From NCBI GenBank assembly GCA_964496095.1, contig CAZBWU010000003.1, forward strand, positions 1,901 through 65,900: 64,000 bases of DNA. Direction: 5' to 3'. This stretch comes from an uncultured Gammaproteobacteria bacterium. Lineage in GTDB: Bacteria > Patescibacteriota > Patescibacteriia > Magasanikbacterales > GWA2-37-8. The position numbers and the translations under genes are program-made. Shown here in pieces: positions 21,456 through 31,440 of this stretch. Positions within the stretch are counted from its first letter, which is position 1; each line of letters begins with the position of its first letter. A model generated the notes under the pieces. It saw only the letters and a list, made by a program, of their open reading frames with translations. It was not told the origin of the DNA and did not search any database.

Positions 21456-22952
21456 CTAAATCTTAAATTCTTTACAAGCCTCTTTTAACTCTCCTTCAAC
21501 TTTTTCATCCCACTCCCCTTTTTCCATTTTTCCTAAGAGTGAACCTTTGGATTTTTCCAAGAAATCGTGGAATTTTTCTTCCCAATCACGAATGTCTTTG
21601 ACCGCTACTTGGCTGGCATAGCCATTACTGACAGCATAAATTACCGCTACTTGCTGAGCCACTGACATTGGACTATATTGAGGCTGTTTGAGAACTTCTA
21701 CCATTCTCTGACCAAGATCAATCTGATTCTTTGTTTCTGCATCTAGGTCACTTGAGAATTGAGCAAAGGCTTCCATTTCACGAAATTGCGCCAAAGAAAG
21801 TTTGAGTTTTCCGGCTACTTTTTTCATTGGTTTGATTTGAGCTGTTCCACCAACGCGAGATACGGATATACCAACATTGAGAGCTGGGCGAACACCTTTA
21901 TAGAATAAATCTGTTTCCAAGAAAATCTGACCATCAGTAATAGAAATTACGTTGGTAGGGATATAGGCAGAGATATCACCAGCTTGAGTTTCGATAATTG
22001 GCAAGGCGGTAATAGAACCTCCGCCGGATTCTTTATTGCGTCGGCAAGAACGTTCAAGTAAACGAGAATGCAGATAGAAGACGTCGCCAGGGTAAGCTTC
22101 ACGACCCGGTGGACGACGAAGTAAAAGAGATATTTCACGGTAAGCCCAAGCTTGCTTGGACAAATCATCATAAACACACAAAACATCTTTGCCCTGATCC
22201 ATAAAATATTCAGCCATAGCCACGCCAGCATAAGGAGCAATATAGGAAAGAGCTGCAGGCTGAGAAGCGCCGGCTACTACCACGATTGTATATTCCATCG
22301 CCCCAGCTTCTTTGAGCTTAGCTACAATACGAGCAACTTTAGATTCTTTTTGACCAACTGCAACATAGACACAAATAATATCTTTGCCTTTTTGGTTGAT
22401 AATAGCATCAATCGCGACAGCAGTTTTACCAGTCTGGCGGTCACCAATGATAAGTTCGCGCTGACCGCGACCAACGGGAATGAGAGCGTCAATTGCTTTA
22501 ATACCAGTTTGTAAAGGCTGATTTACAGGCTCTCTAGTCATAACACCCGGAGCCACTTTTTCAATTGGGTAAAATTTACCAGATTTTATTTCTTTACCTC
22601 CGTCAATCGCTTGCCCTAACGGATTGACTACGCGTCCGATTAATTCTTCTCCAACTGGCACAGATAAAATTCTGCTTGTTCTTTTAACTGTATCGCCTTC
22701 TTTAATATATCTATATTCGCCGAGCAAAACACAACCAACAGTCTCTTCTTCAAGGTTTAAAGCCAAGCCATAGGTAGTTTCACCATTGGCGATAAACTCA
22801 AGCATTTCTCCAGCTTGACATTTGGTTAAACCTGAAAGACGGGCAATACCATCGCCTACTTCAATTACTTTTCCAGTTTCCTCTTTAGTTGTTTCTTTTT
22901 GGAAAAGGGAAATATTTTTTCTGATTTCTTCAACGATCGTGTTTGTGGACAT
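21456..22952 (-). CDS. atpA: ATP synthase alpha
   Basis: [31 protein letters not shown]. Confidence 0.98.
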   Translation of the reverse strand: MSTNTIVEEIRKNISLFQKETTKEETGKVIEVGDGIARLSGLTKCQAGEMLEFIANGETTYGLALNLEEETVGCVLLGEYRYIKEGDTVKRTSRILSVPVGEELIGRVVNPLGQAIDGGKEIKSGKFYPIEKVAPGVMTREPVNQPLQTGIKAIDALIPVGRGQRELIIGDRQTGKTAVAIDAIINQKGKDIICVYVAVGQKESKVARIVAKLKEAGAMEYTIVVVAGASQPAALSYIAPYAGVAMAEYFMDQGKDVLCVYDDLSKQAWAYREISLLLRRPPGREAYPGDVFYLHSRLLERSCRRNKESGGGSITALPIIETQAGDISAYIPTNVISITDGQIFLETDLFYKGVRPALNVGISVSRVGGTAQIKPMKKVAGKLKLSLAQFREMEAFAQFSSDLDAETKNQIDLGQRMVEVLKQPQYSPMSVAQQVAVIYAVSNGYASQVAVKDIRDWEEKFHDFLEKSKGSLLGKMEKGEWDEKVEGELKEACKEFKI

Positions 22953-22962
22953 ACAATTTTAG

Positions 22963-23352
22963 TTAAGCTAGTAATGATTGTTTTAATTTAGATAATTGAG
23001 TTTTGAGACTGCCGTCGTATATAGTATCATCAACTTTTATTTTTACTCCACCTAATAGATCTTTATTTAATGTTTGGGATATTTCCGCATCTTGACCAAA
23101 TACTTTTTTTATTTTATTTAATAAGTCCTGATCTGCCGGATGAGCGGTTTCAACATTAACTGTTTTTATTCCGGATTGTTTTTTTGAATATTTTATAAAC
23201 TCGTCGATAATATAATTTATTTTGTTTAACTTGTTATTTTTTTGTAGAACTAAAAAGAATTGTTTTACAACTTCGGAAGTTTTGGCCTCTGGTAAATCTT
23301 TGGTCACTTCGTATAAGGCCTTGGCAAATTGTAAATTGCTTTGTTTTTTCAC
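22963..23352 (-). CDS. atpH: ATP synthase delta (short form)
   Basis: FAKAL N-terminus, LLGGVKIKVDDTIYDGSLKTQL. Confidence 0.88.
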   Translation of the reverse strand: MKKQSNLQFAKALYEVTKDLPEAKTSEVVKQFFLVLQKNNKLNKINYIIDEFIKYSKKQSGIKTVNVETAHPADQDLLNKIKKVFGQDAEISQTLNKDLLGGVKIKVDDTIYDGSLKTQLSKLKQSLLA

Positions 23353-23356
23353 ACTA

Positions 23357-23902
23357 TTATTTTAAACCTTTAATTGCTTCTTCTACTACTTTATTATCTT
23401 TTTCTATATCAATTTTTCCAGCTAAAATCTTTTCAGCTGCTTCTACTACCAAATTCGCTACCTGCTGTTTGATTTCAGCAATTGATTCAGTTCTTTCAGT
23501 TTTAATATTTTTTCTAGCGTCTTCCACTAGCTGTTCTATTTCTTTTCTAGTTTTTTCTTTGGCTACTTCGGCTACTGCCAAAGCTTCAGTGCTGGCTTTT
23601 TCGATAATTTTATTAGCATCAACTTTGGCTTGATCTATTTTTTCTTGATATTTCTTTTCGCTCATACCAAGGTTAGTTTCAATTTTCTTTACATTATCAA
23701 CACTGTCCTCAATCATTTTTTGTCTCTCAGCCATTTTCTTGGTAAGTGGTTTTAAAATTAAAAACCATAAAATTACAGAAACCAAGGCAAAGTTAAACAT
23801 CTGTTCAGCGATTTGAATTCCGTGTATACCAAGAGAAGCAAGTACCCCTTCGTCAGTTGCGGTTTTAGCTACTTCACTAGCGTAAGCAATATCTATAAAC
23901 AT
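23357..23902 (-). CDS. atpF: ATP synthase subunit b (start revised to ATG 23902)
   Basis: NF...ILWFLILKPL..MAERQKMI followed by a coiled coil; the ORF-track extension runs through a repeat element. Confidence 0.9.
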   Translation of the reverse strand: MFIDIAYASEVAKTATDEGVLASLGIHGIQIAEQMFNFALVSVILWFLILKPLTKKMAERQKMIEDSVDNVKKIETNLGMSEKKYQEKIDQAKVDANKIIEKASTEALAVAEVAKEKTRKEIEQLVEDARKNIKTERTESIAEIKQQVANLVVEAAEKILAGKIDIEKDNKVVEEAIKGLK

Positions 23903-23922
23903 ACCTATTAAGTTAGTTATTT

Positions 23923-24020
23923 TGTCATCCTGAACCCCCGCAAGCGAGGATAAATTCCATGAAGGACCTCTGTCCGTTTGTTTTTTTGGACAGGGATTCT
24001 TCGCTCTGCTCAGAATGACA
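23923..24020. repeat. cruciform element copy 2 (atpE-atpF intergenic)
   Basis: TGTCATCCTGAA...GAAGGACCTCTGTCC...GGACAGGGATTCTTC...CTCAGAATGACA. Confidence 0.88.
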
Positions 24021-24072
24021 AAACGGTAAATAATCCCACTAAGCTGGGTATTTACATACCCAGCCAATTGAA

Positions 24073-24294
24073 TTACTTCAAAGTGAATACTACTACGAGT
24101 GCGTAGATAGCGATAGCTTCGGCAAAAGCGGCGCCAAGCAACATGGGTACGAACAACTTATCAGAAGCTTCTGGGTTACGGCCAATAGCTTCCATAGCCT
24201 TACCTACTAAATTTCCGATTGCCAAAGCTGGCAAAAAACCTCCGACAGCCATGGTAAAAGCCTTGGCTAAAACTACGATGGATTCGTGCTCCAT
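24073..24294 (-). CDS. atpE: ATP synthase subunit c (start revised to ATG 24294)
   Basis: IGRNPEA loop, FAEAIAIY with the conserved Glu. Confidence 0.95.
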   Translation of the reverse strand: MEHESIVVLAKAFTMAVGGFLPALAIGNLVGKAMEAIGRNPEASDKLFVPMLLGAAFAEAIAIYALVVVFTLK

Positions 24295-24451
24295 ATTTTT
24301 ACTCCCCAAAGATTTTCCTTGGGACTTTCTGATATCAAACCGGTTGAGGAGGGTTGGGTTTTACCTCGCGGGTGATATCAATTAATTAGTTAACTCGTTA
24401 ATTTGTTCATTGACCGTTTACTAATCAACAAATTAACTAATCAACAAATGC

Positions 24452-25243
24452 TTACGCATGTTGTTTTTCTTCGTGTCCATGCGGTTTGGTAGATAACACT
24501 GTTAGATAAACAAGAGTTAACATGGTAAATACGCTTGCTTGGATCAAACCAACTAAAATTTCCAACATCATAAATGGGGCTGGTACAATTAGTCCAGCGA
24601 TACTACTAATAACAGAAATTAAAACTTCTCCAGCAAAAATATTTCCGAATAATCTTAGTGACAAAGAAACAACTTTAGCCATCTCACTTACAATTTCAAT
24701 AAGGCCTACAGCTAACTCAATGATGGCAGTAAAAATAGCAATTGGACCTTTTCTTAAACTTTTTATAAAAGTCCCTAATTGAATAAATTTGTTTAAATGA
24801 GTAAAAAGACCAACGCTAAAAAGACCAAATAAGTGGGATGAAACAACTGCCACTAACGCCATAGATACAGTCAGGTTCAAATCTGTGTTGGCTGGTCGCA
24901 GTAGTGGCGCTTCACCTACAAAAATACTACCAGTCCCTGGTAATAGTCCTAACCAATTAGATAATAAGATAAAGAAAAAAACAGGGCCAACCACCGGAAG
25001 AAACTTTATTGTTTTTGCGCGACTACCTGTGACCTGGTCAAAATAAATAAAGATTTTTTCTAAGAAAAATTCAATAAAATTTTGAACTTTAGTTGGTTTA
25101 AGATGAATTTTTTTGCGAAGATATAAACCCAAAACAAGAAATATAGTTATAGCTAACCAAGTATTTATAATTGTATTTGTAATCGGAAGACTCCCTATAT
25201 GAAAGAGAATTTCAGGAGCTAAAGTTGGGATGTGTAATTCCAT
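24452..25243 (-). CDS. atpB: ATP synthase subunit a
   Basis: NWLGLLPG, SLSLRLFGNIFAGE, IQASVF. Confidence 0.96.
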   Translation of the reverse strand: MELHIPTLAPEILFHIGSLPITNTIINTWLAITIFLVLGLYLRKKIHLKPTKVQNFIEFFLEKIFIYFDQVTGSRAKTIKFLPVVGPVFFFILLSNWLGLLPGTGSIFVGEAPLLRPANTDLNLTVSMALVAVVSSHLFGLFSVGLFTHLNKFIQLGTFIKSLRKGPIAIFTAIIELAVGLIEIVSEMAKVVSLSLRLFGNIFAGEVLISVISSIAGLIVPAPFMMLEILVGLIQASVFTMLTLVYLTVLSTKPHGHEEKQHA

Positions 25244-25251
25244 AGAGGTGA

Positions 25252-25518
25252 TTATTCTTTCTTTTCTCCAAGTTTTTTATATTCCGCACCGTAGGTGTTG
25301 GCTTTTTTGTATACAATCCTTCCGGAAATAAGAGCTGAAACCACAAAGCCTAAAATCGTAAATAATGGCGATAAATTGTATTTTTGGTCTAAATATTGCC
25401 CTAGTAAAACGAGCGCAACTACTGGTATCGCAATCGAAGCTCCAAAGTCACCGATGATCTTTAAAGCAAAAATCTGATACTCGCGACTGGAAGATTTTTG
25501 TGATTTTTTTTCTTCCAT
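25252..25518 (-). CDS. AtpZ/AtpI-family protein
   Basis: 2 TM helices with G.YLD motif; first gene of the atp operon. Confidence 0.8.
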   Translation of the reverse strand: MEEKKSQKSSSREYQIFALKIIGDFGASIAIPVVALVLLGQYLDQKYNLSPLFTILGFVVSALISGRIVYKKANTYGAEYKKLGEKKE

Positions 25519-25562
25519 ACGCATTATTGATAACTATACAATAAAAACAGTAGAACGCCATT

Positions 25563-25591
25563 ATTCTACATAGAATTTTGGATAAAGTCAA
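25563..25591 (-). promoter_or_regulatory. sigma70 promoter of the atp operon
   Basis: TTGACT-17 nt-TAGAAT. Confidence 0.7.
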
Positions 25592-25663
25592 TACCCTTGA
25601 AAAATCGGTTTTTTGTTGATTTGTATGATTGACTATGCTAACTTTATATATGAGGAGGTTGCG

Positions 25664-25822
25664 ATGTTGATCCAGCACTTTGTAGATTTCCTCGCATCAC
25701 AAATCAGGGGTGTGAGGAAGACCACCGCGGTCCTCGCGGTGGGAATCCCGCTGGCTACCATACTCGGTCTTTACCTTCGACTGACCCGCAAGGGTAAGCC
25801 GACGGACGAGATCGGATGGTGA
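25664..25822 (+). CDS. 52-aa GC-rich single-TM peptide
   Basis: GAGGAGG site upstream of ATG 25664; candidate promoter TTGATT-17-TAACTT (25616-25644); MLIQHF...TTAVLAVGIPLATILGLYLRLTRKGKPTDEIGW. Confidence 0.65.
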   Translation: MLIQHFVDFLASQIRGVRKTTAVLAVGIPLATILGLYLRLTRKGKPTDEIGW

Positions 25823-25836
25823 TCCAGCGCTGTCGT

Positions 25837-25912
25837 CCCCCGCCCCGCAGTTGCGGGGCGGGGTTAAGCACTCCAAAAAAAACAAAAGCACCTTATGAAA
25901 ATAGGTGCTTTT
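25837..25912 (+). terminator. two hairpins after the peptide gene
   Basis: CCCCGCCCCGC-AGTT-GCGGGGCGGGG, then AAAAGCACCT...AGGTGCTTTT. Confidence 0.7.
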
Positions 25913-25959
25913 GTCTGTTAAGTATTGACTTTTTAATTAAAAAATGATAAAAGCTTTCT

Positions 25960-26076
25960 ATGAAAAATGTTCCTTCCTTTTTCAAAGTGGTTGTCATGGC
26001 CACCTGGACGATCCTGCTCCACGACATGCTCGAGATCCTCGACTACGGTCGAGAGATCAAGATCGACAACCTCTGA
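25960..26076 (+). CDS. 38-aa GC3-biased micro-ORF (not in ORF track; alternative start 25996)
   Basis: MKNVPSFFKVVVMATWTILLHDMLEILDYGREIKIDNL*; from codon 12 nearly all third positions are G/C; followed by hairpin CCCTCGC...GCGAGGG (26117-26146) and a T-run. Confidence 0.55.
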   Translation: MKNVPSFFKVVVMATWTILLHDMLEILDYGREIKIDNL

Positions 26077-26156
26077 GCCGTCGACGAGCCTCCTCGTCCC
26101 GTCTCGCAACCCCTGCCCCTCGCACGCGACCTGTTCGCCGCGAGGGTTCGTCATTT

Positions 26157-26996
26157 TTAAGAAGAAATTCCAAATAACCTTTTTGCATTTTCCGTAGTCG
26201 CTTTTTCCACTTCTGCAAAAGAAAGATTTTTTAACTCAGCGATTTTTTTAATAACTTCTTCTACCATTGGCGGTTCGCAACGAGTACCTCTGTATGCTTG
26301 CGGAGCTAGGTAAGGTGCATCTGTCTCTATAACTATTCTTTCTAATGGACAGTTTTTGACAACTTCTAACAAATCCAATTGTGCCTGTGGATCTGTTTTG
26401 CGAGGAGGAAAAGTTAAAACACCAGTAAAACCAAGGTTGAGACCTAAATCTAAATATTGTTTGGCAAAATGCCAGTTGCTGGTATAGCAATGAACAGTGC
26501 CTCGAACAGCAGAAGTCATTGTTTTTAATAAATCAATCAATTGTTGATGGGCTTCACGACAATGAATAACCATCGCCAAATTTAATTCCTGCGCCAATTT
26601 ATATTGCAAAGTAAAAACTTTTTTTTGTTTTTCCAACACTTCTTCTACAGTTCTGCCTTCAGGCAAACGATACAAATCAAGACCACATTCACCAACGGCA
26701 ACCACCTTTGGGTTTTGGCAAAGGGCTTTATAATATTCATAATCAAAATCTTCTTCGCGTGAAGTAAAACTACTTTCTTCCTCATCTATATGAGTAGAAA
26801 ATAAATGCACCGGATGGAGGCCGATACTAGCGTAAGTAAAAGAATATTTTTGAGCCATCTCAACTCCGGCACGACTTGTATCCTTTTGCGTCCCAACCAA
26901 ATTAAGTATCATCCCCTTCTCTCCGCATTTTTTTACAATTTCTTCAGCATCTTTTTTAAAACCTTGAAATTGGACATGGCAGTGGGTATCAAACAT
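26157..26996 (-). CDS. tatD: TatD-family nuclease
   Basis: DTHCH, GLHP, VGECGLD, IHCREA, ETDAPYLAP. Confidence 0.93.
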   Translation of the reverse strand: MFDTHCHVQFQGFKKDAEEIVKKCGEKGMILNLVGTQKDTSRAGVEMAQKYSFTYASIGLHPVHLFSTHIDEEESSFTSREEDFDYEYYKALCQNPKVVAVGECGLDLYRLPEGRTVEEVLEKQKKVFTLQYKLAQELNLAMVIHCREAHQQLIDLLKTMTSAVRGTVHCYTSNWHFAKQYLDLGLNLGFTGVLTFPPRKTDPQAQLDLLEVVKNCPLERIVIETDAPYLAPQAYRGTRCEPPMVEEVIKKIAELKNLSFAEVEKATTENAKRLFGISS

Positions 26997-27021
26997 ATAT
27001 ATTTATTTTATAACTCCAAAC

Positions 27022-27519
27022 CTAAACTCCTGATAAACAGTCGCCTATCATCATCAAACCAAAAGGTTTACCGAACAAATCGTACTGCTTGCTCATTAAC
27101 ATAATATTTTTATCTCTAAATAGTGTAAAAATATTTAAATTGCCGAAGGCGGTTTTTTCAATCAAGTAAATGGTCGAACCATTATCAATCTTAATAAGCG
27201 GTGCTTTATCTCCAAGATTACCCACTATCGAAGGGTTCTCTGCATCTATATCAACAAATGTTAACACTGTGGGCTTATTATCAATTTTAGCTTCTCCATT
27301 AATATGGCCTTCTTCAAATTTAGTTACTGTGGATATTTTCAAACTACAAACAACATCATTTGAATAAGGAGTTTGCGCCTCTTTCCAATTTTTATCAACA
27401 GACAGCTTCTTACTATTAAGTGACAACAAATTTGTACATCCACTTAAAAACAAGGTCGAAAGTAGGACTGCTGGTAAAATAACTCTTTTAGTGATAAGGC
27501 TATTTAAATGAAATTTCAT
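27022..27519 (-). CDS. hypothetical lipoprotein
   Basis: Signal peptide with lipobox LSGC. Confidence 0.7.
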   Translation of the reverse strand: MKFHLNSLITKRVILPAVLLSTLFLSGCTNLLSLNSKKLSVDKNWKEAQTPYSNDVVCSLKISTVTKFEEGHINGEAKIDNKPTVLTFVDIDAENPSIVGNLGDKAPLIKIDNGSTIYLIEKTAFGNLNIFTLFRDKNIMLMSKQYDLFGKPFGLMMIGDCLSGV

Positions 27520-27536
27520 ACAAACACTAAATTCTT

Positions 27537-28061
27537 TTAAATCAAATTATCAACTGTACTACGCAACATGCGTAAAGCCTCGGGAAAAAGCGGTACTAAT
27601 ATAGAAGCAATTTTAACAAGTGGTGGAGCGATTTGCGATGTAGATAGTCCGTTCATAAAAATTGCACTGATAGGAAAACGAGAAATAAAAAATAAAGAAA
27701 CCCCCACCACAATGACTCCTTCCAAAGCTCCCAGAACCATACCTAGTATCTTGTCTATACTATGCAAAAATGGCAACCTGGTAATAATAGAAAAAACCTT
27801 TTCAATAATCCAAAAAATAAAACCGACCAACCGAGTAATGATAAGAAACGAAGCCACAAAGACAATTACTTTGACATAGTTTTGACTCCAACCCGTAAAA
27901 CCTATTACCCAATTTGCCAACGCCTCATAATAACGACCAGCCACATAGACACCGACAAGTGTACCAATCAGAGACCCTAGAGTTCGCACTAAGCCGAACC
28001 ATAATCCAAACAACGCAAAACCACCTATTATAATAAGAAGTGCTATGTCGAAGATTGACAT
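27537..28061 (-). CDS. CvpA-family membrane protein
   Basis: D.ALL...GLWFGLVR, DKILGMVLGALEG. Confidence 0.85.
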   Translation of the reverse strand: MSIFDIALLIIIGGFALFGLWFGLVRTLGSLIGTLVGVYVAGRYYEALANWVIGFTGWSQNYVKVIVFVASFLIITRLVGFIFWIIEKVFSIITRLPFLHSIDKILGMVLGALEGVIVVGVSLFFISRFPISAIFMNGLSTSQIAPPLVKIASILVPLFPEALRMLRSTVDNLI

Positions 28062-28069
28062 AAAATAAA

Positions 28070-29605
28070 TTAATTATTTAATCTTGGAAAAAGTTGTTCT
28101 GGTTTTGCAATTTTATTTCCTACCATCAATTGTACCCAATTTTGCAATTCTGATAAAGACTTAGAGAGCTCTACAGACACATCTAATCCTAACTGAGAAA
28201 ATATTTTCTCAGCAGTCTCTGGCATTATCGGCCAAATCATAACGGCAATATGACGCAAGCCTTCGGCTAAGTGATAAAGCATATCTTTTACTTCAGCTTC
28301 TTTACCAACTTTGATCATTGCCCACGGCTGACGGTCGGAAATCATTTGATCGCAATAAGACACAAACTTCCAAACAGACTCTAAAGCTCTGTCAAAACGC
28401 CAAATATCCATACTCTTGGCATAATCAACATAAATAGTTTTGCTCAAAAATTCTATTATCTCTGAATTTGCTTCTGTCACTTCTGGAACAAGACTGTCAC
28501 AATATTTTTCAATCATCACCATAATACGATTGGTAAGATTTCCCAAACCATTGGCCAAATCTGCCTGGTAACGTTCGTTAAATTTTGTATAAGAAAAATC
28601 TCCGTCATTATCAAATTGGATTTCGCGCATCAAAAAATATCGCACGGCTTCTATAGGATATTTCTCTACAAGTTCTATCGGATCCACTACATTACCGATA
28701 CTCTTGCTCATCTTCTGGCCATCAACGGTAATCCAACCATGCACTGCTATTTGTTTTGGGAGCTCTATGCCAGCAGACATCAGCATCGCTGGCCACAGAA
28801 GAGAATGAAAACGATTAATTTCCTTACCAATTACATGCGCGTCCACTGGCCAGAATTTTTTAAATAATTTATCATCATCACTCCCCCAACCTAAAGCGGT
28901 AATATAGTTGGTGAGTGCGTCAAACCAAACATACATGACTTGGGTTTTATCGTCAGGCACAGGTATTCCCCAAGGTAACTTGTCTTTCACTCTAGAAATA
29001 CTCACATCTTCCAAACCATTTTTGAGCATATTTTTCATTTCTTTGAAACGGTGCTCAGGATAAACAAACTCTGGATTTTTCTCAAACAAAGATTCTATAT
29101 CTTTTTGGTATTTTGAAAGTTTGAAGAAATAGTTTTCTTCGGAAAATTCCTCCGGAGCTTTGAGATGGTCAGGACATTTACCGTCTACCAAGTCTGTTTC
29201 AAGTTTAAATGATTCACAACCTACACAATACAAACCCGTATAACTTTTTTTATAAATATCGCCGTTAGTCAAAGATTTTTTCCAAAACTCTTGCGCAGAT
29301 TGCATGTGACGAGCTTCGGTGGTACGAATAAAATCGTCATTAGATATATTCCACTGATCTGCTAAGTTTGAATAAGTCGCTGATTTTTCAGCGACAAAAT
29401 CCTCCACAGATTGATTATTTTCTTTAGCGCTTTTGAGAATCTTTTGACCATGTTCGTCCGTACCAGTTAAGAAATGCACATCTTTACCAAGAAGTCTTTG
29501 GTAGCGAGCCATTACATCTGTGTATAAAAACTCTAAAGCATGGCCAATGTGCGGACTAGCATTAACATAGAAAATGGCTGTAGTGAGATAATATTTATTT
29601 TTCAT
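28070..29605 (-). CDS. metG: methionyl-tRNA synthetase
   Basis: HIGH, GTDEHGQK, YVWFDAL, KMSKS. Confidence 0.96.
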   Translation of the reverse strand: MKNKYYLTTAIFYVNASPHIGHALEFLYTDVMARYQRLLGKDVHFLTGTDEHGQKILKSAKENNQSVEDFVAEKSATYSNLADQWNISNDDFIRTTEARHMQSAQEFWKKSLTNGDIYKKSYTGLYCVGCESFKLETDLVDGKCPDHLKAPEEFSEENYFFKLSKYQKDIESLFEKNPEFVYPEHRFKEMKNMLKNGLEDVSISRVKDKLPWGIPVPDDKTQVMYVWFDALTNYITALGWGSDDDKLFKKFWPVDAHVIGKEINRFHSLLWPAMLMSAGIELPKQIAVHGWITVDGQKMSKSIGNVVDPIELVEKYPIEAVRYFLMREIQFDNDGDFSYTKFNERYQADLANGLGNLTNRIMVMIEKYCDSLVPEVTEANSEIIEFLSKTIYVDYAKSMDIWRFDRALESVWKFVSYCDQMISDRQPWAMIKVGKEAEVKDMLYHLAEGLRHIAVMIWPIMPETAEKIFSQLGLDVSVELSKSLSELQNWVQLMVGNKIAKPEQLFPRLNN

Positions 29606-29610
29606 AAGTT

Positions 29611-29820
29611 TTACAAGGCTCTGTTTATCAAGACAATTAAAGGATAGATAGTTAGATAGTAAACAATAGTCCCTAAAACCAAAGATGGTATAAAAAATAT
29701 TTTCTTCAAAAAATTACTTGCTCTACGACTAGTAAACGCAAAGTAACTTGCATAAATAACCGGATAAATCAAAGCACTTATGAATCCTATACTTACTAAA
29801 AGAAAAATTAAATCGTACAT
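29611..29820 (-). CDS. small 2-TM hypothetical protein
   Basis: Fills the rsmI-metG gap; two hydrophobic helices. Confidence 0.6.
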   Translation of the reverse strand: MYDLIFLLVSIGFISALIYPVIYASYFAFTSRRASNFLKKIFFIPSLVLGTIVYYLTIYPLIVLINRAL

Positions 29821-29826
29821 ATATAA

Positions 29827-30501
29827 TTATATAGAGTTAATAACAATAACAAACTCTCCCCTCTCATCGTGCATCTTTTCACAAATTTCATCAATTGTTC
29901 CCCTGTAAATTGTTTCAAACTTTTTTGTAAGCTCCCGACAAATCATCAATTTTCTTTTTGGGTCTAGGTATTCTTTTAATTCCCCCAAGCATTTTTTGAT
30001 TCTGTGGCCTGATTCATAAAAAACCACCACACTTTCGTTCATTGCTACTTCTTTGAAATATTTCTGTCTTTTATTTTTATGTGGAGGAAAACCCATGAAA
30101 ATAAATCTATCTGTGGGAAATCCGGAAATAGACAAGGCCGAAACCATAGCTGAAGCTCCGGGAATAGGAATTATTTCTACTGATTGTGAAAAATTTACAA
30201 TCTGACTTATTAGGATTCCTCCTGGATCACTAATACCGGGCGTGCCAGCATCTGTCACTAGTGCTATGTTTTTACCATCTTCTAACCAAGAAATTATTTC
30301 TTTCATTTTTTTTGTATCGGTGTGTTGGTGATAGCTACTTAGCGTTTTGCGGATATCGTAATGTTCTAATAAATTTTTGGTAACTCTAGTATCTTCGCAT
30401 AAAATAACATCAACGCTTTTTAGCGTTTCCAGGGCTCGAAGTGTAATATCGCCAAGATTACCAATGGGCGTGGCGACAATATAGATTTTTCCTGTTGACA
30501 T
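29827..30501 (-). CDS. rsmI: 16S rRNA C1402 2'-O-methyltransferase
   Basis: VATPIGNLGDIT, EDTRVT, DAGTPGISDPG, RELTKKFE. Confidence 0.95.
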   Translation of the reverse strand: MSTGKIYIVATPIGNLGDITLRALETLKSVDVILCEDTRVTKNLLEHYDIRKTLSSYHQHTDTKKMKEIISWLEDGKNIALVTDAGTPGISDPGGILISQIVNFSQSVEIIPIPGASAMVSALSISGFPTDRFIFMGFPPHKNKRQKYFKEVAMNESVVVFYESGHRIKKCLGELKEYLDPKRKLMICRELTKKFETIYRGTIDEICEKMHDERGEFVIVINSI

Positions 30502-30525
30502 AAAATTTTTTCACCATCATTTCGC

Positions 30526-30599
30526 TGTCATCCTGAGCTTTAGCGAAGGATCCCTTTCAGTTGTAGTTTAAGGGATTCTTCATTTCATTCAGAATGACA
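30526..30599. repeat. cruciform element copy 3 (intergenic)
   Basis: TGTCATCCTGAG...GAAGGATCCCT...AGGGATTCTTC...TTCAGAATGACA. Confidence 0.88.
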
Positions 30600-30636
30600 A
30601 TACCTGACCTAAGCTTAACAATAATCTAACGAATAA

Positions 30637-31125
30637 TCAACTTTTCTTAGTTTTACTTTTAACCTTAACAACTTCAGCAACTTTTTCTGCTTTCTTGAAA
30701 AAATCGGAAATATACCAACCTAAAACAAAAGAGATTGAGCCAAGCATGCCCATAATCATATCTTTCATAGTGTCGTCTACGCTGGGTTGAGAAAGATATG
30801 GCCCAGGGAAAAATTTATCATGGAAATATTCATAATATTCCCAAAAACTAGCTACACACATGGCGGAGATAACTAACAACAAAAAATCAAACCATTTGTT
30901 TGATGTGGAAATAAACTTATTGGCTTTGGCCCATTTAAGAACAATGAAAATAGGCACAGAGATGCTTAGGCCTCCAAGAAAATGAACTACTCGGTTCGGC
31001 CATTCAAGCAATTGATAAACTGGCACAAAATTTTCTAAGCAATAACCAATCATAAAAACAAAAAACGGAGCCACTGCCATTTTTAAAATATCTTTTATAC
31101 TAAGTTTAGAGTGCATATAATTCAT
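30637..31125 (-). CDS. membrane protein (DUF2238/VanZ-like)
   Basis: HFLGG...WEYYEY...DTMKD motif set. Confidence 0.65.
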   Translation of the reverse strand: MNYMHSKLSIKDILKMAVAPFFVFMIGYCLENFVPVYQLLEWPNRVVHFLGGLSISVPIFIVLKWAKANKFISTSNKWFDFLLLVISAMCVASFWEYYEYFHDKFFPGPYLSQPSVDDTMKDMIMGMLGSISFVLGWYISDFFKKAEKVAEVVKVKSKTKKS

Positions 31126-31438
31126 CTTCTAAAATTTTATTTAAATTTTCTTCTTTTTGTTTTTTGGTAAGCGGAGTAGCGTTTGCAATCTTGGCAATTT
31201 CGGACATAACTGTCTCTGGTTTTAAACCCATCACAATCTCGCTATTAACTAAAATATTTGGTCCAAAATCACAACCACCTAGACAACCGCTGCGATCAAA
31301 ATCATATTTACTATTTTGTTCGCCCATTTCCAAACCAGTACCTTCTTCAATACTTTTAATTACTGCCAAAGCCCCATTGTCTACACAAGAACAATCTTCA
31401 CAAGCTCGGATAACAATCTTTTTTTTAGATTTAGACAT
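31106..31438 (-). CDS. thioredoxin-like [2Fe-2S] ferredoxin
   Basis: C-x4-C...GCLGGCDFGPN; next to a cysteine desulfurase. Confidence 0.8.
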   Translation of the reverse strand: MSKSKKKIVIRACEDCSCVDNGALAVIKSIEEGTGLEMGEQNSKYDFDRSGCLGGCDFGPNILVNSEIVMGLKPETVMSEIAKIANATPLTKKQKEENLNKILEDELYAL

Positions 31439-31440
31439 AT

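Noticed and set aside
23903-24067. 55-aa N-terminal extension of AtpF
   Set aside because: It is the open frame of cruciform copy 2. The typical subunit b sequence begins at ATG 23902.
25933-26197. Three tracked ORFs of 73-77 aa
   Set aside because: Low-complexity shadow frames. The GC3-biased frame is 25960-26076.
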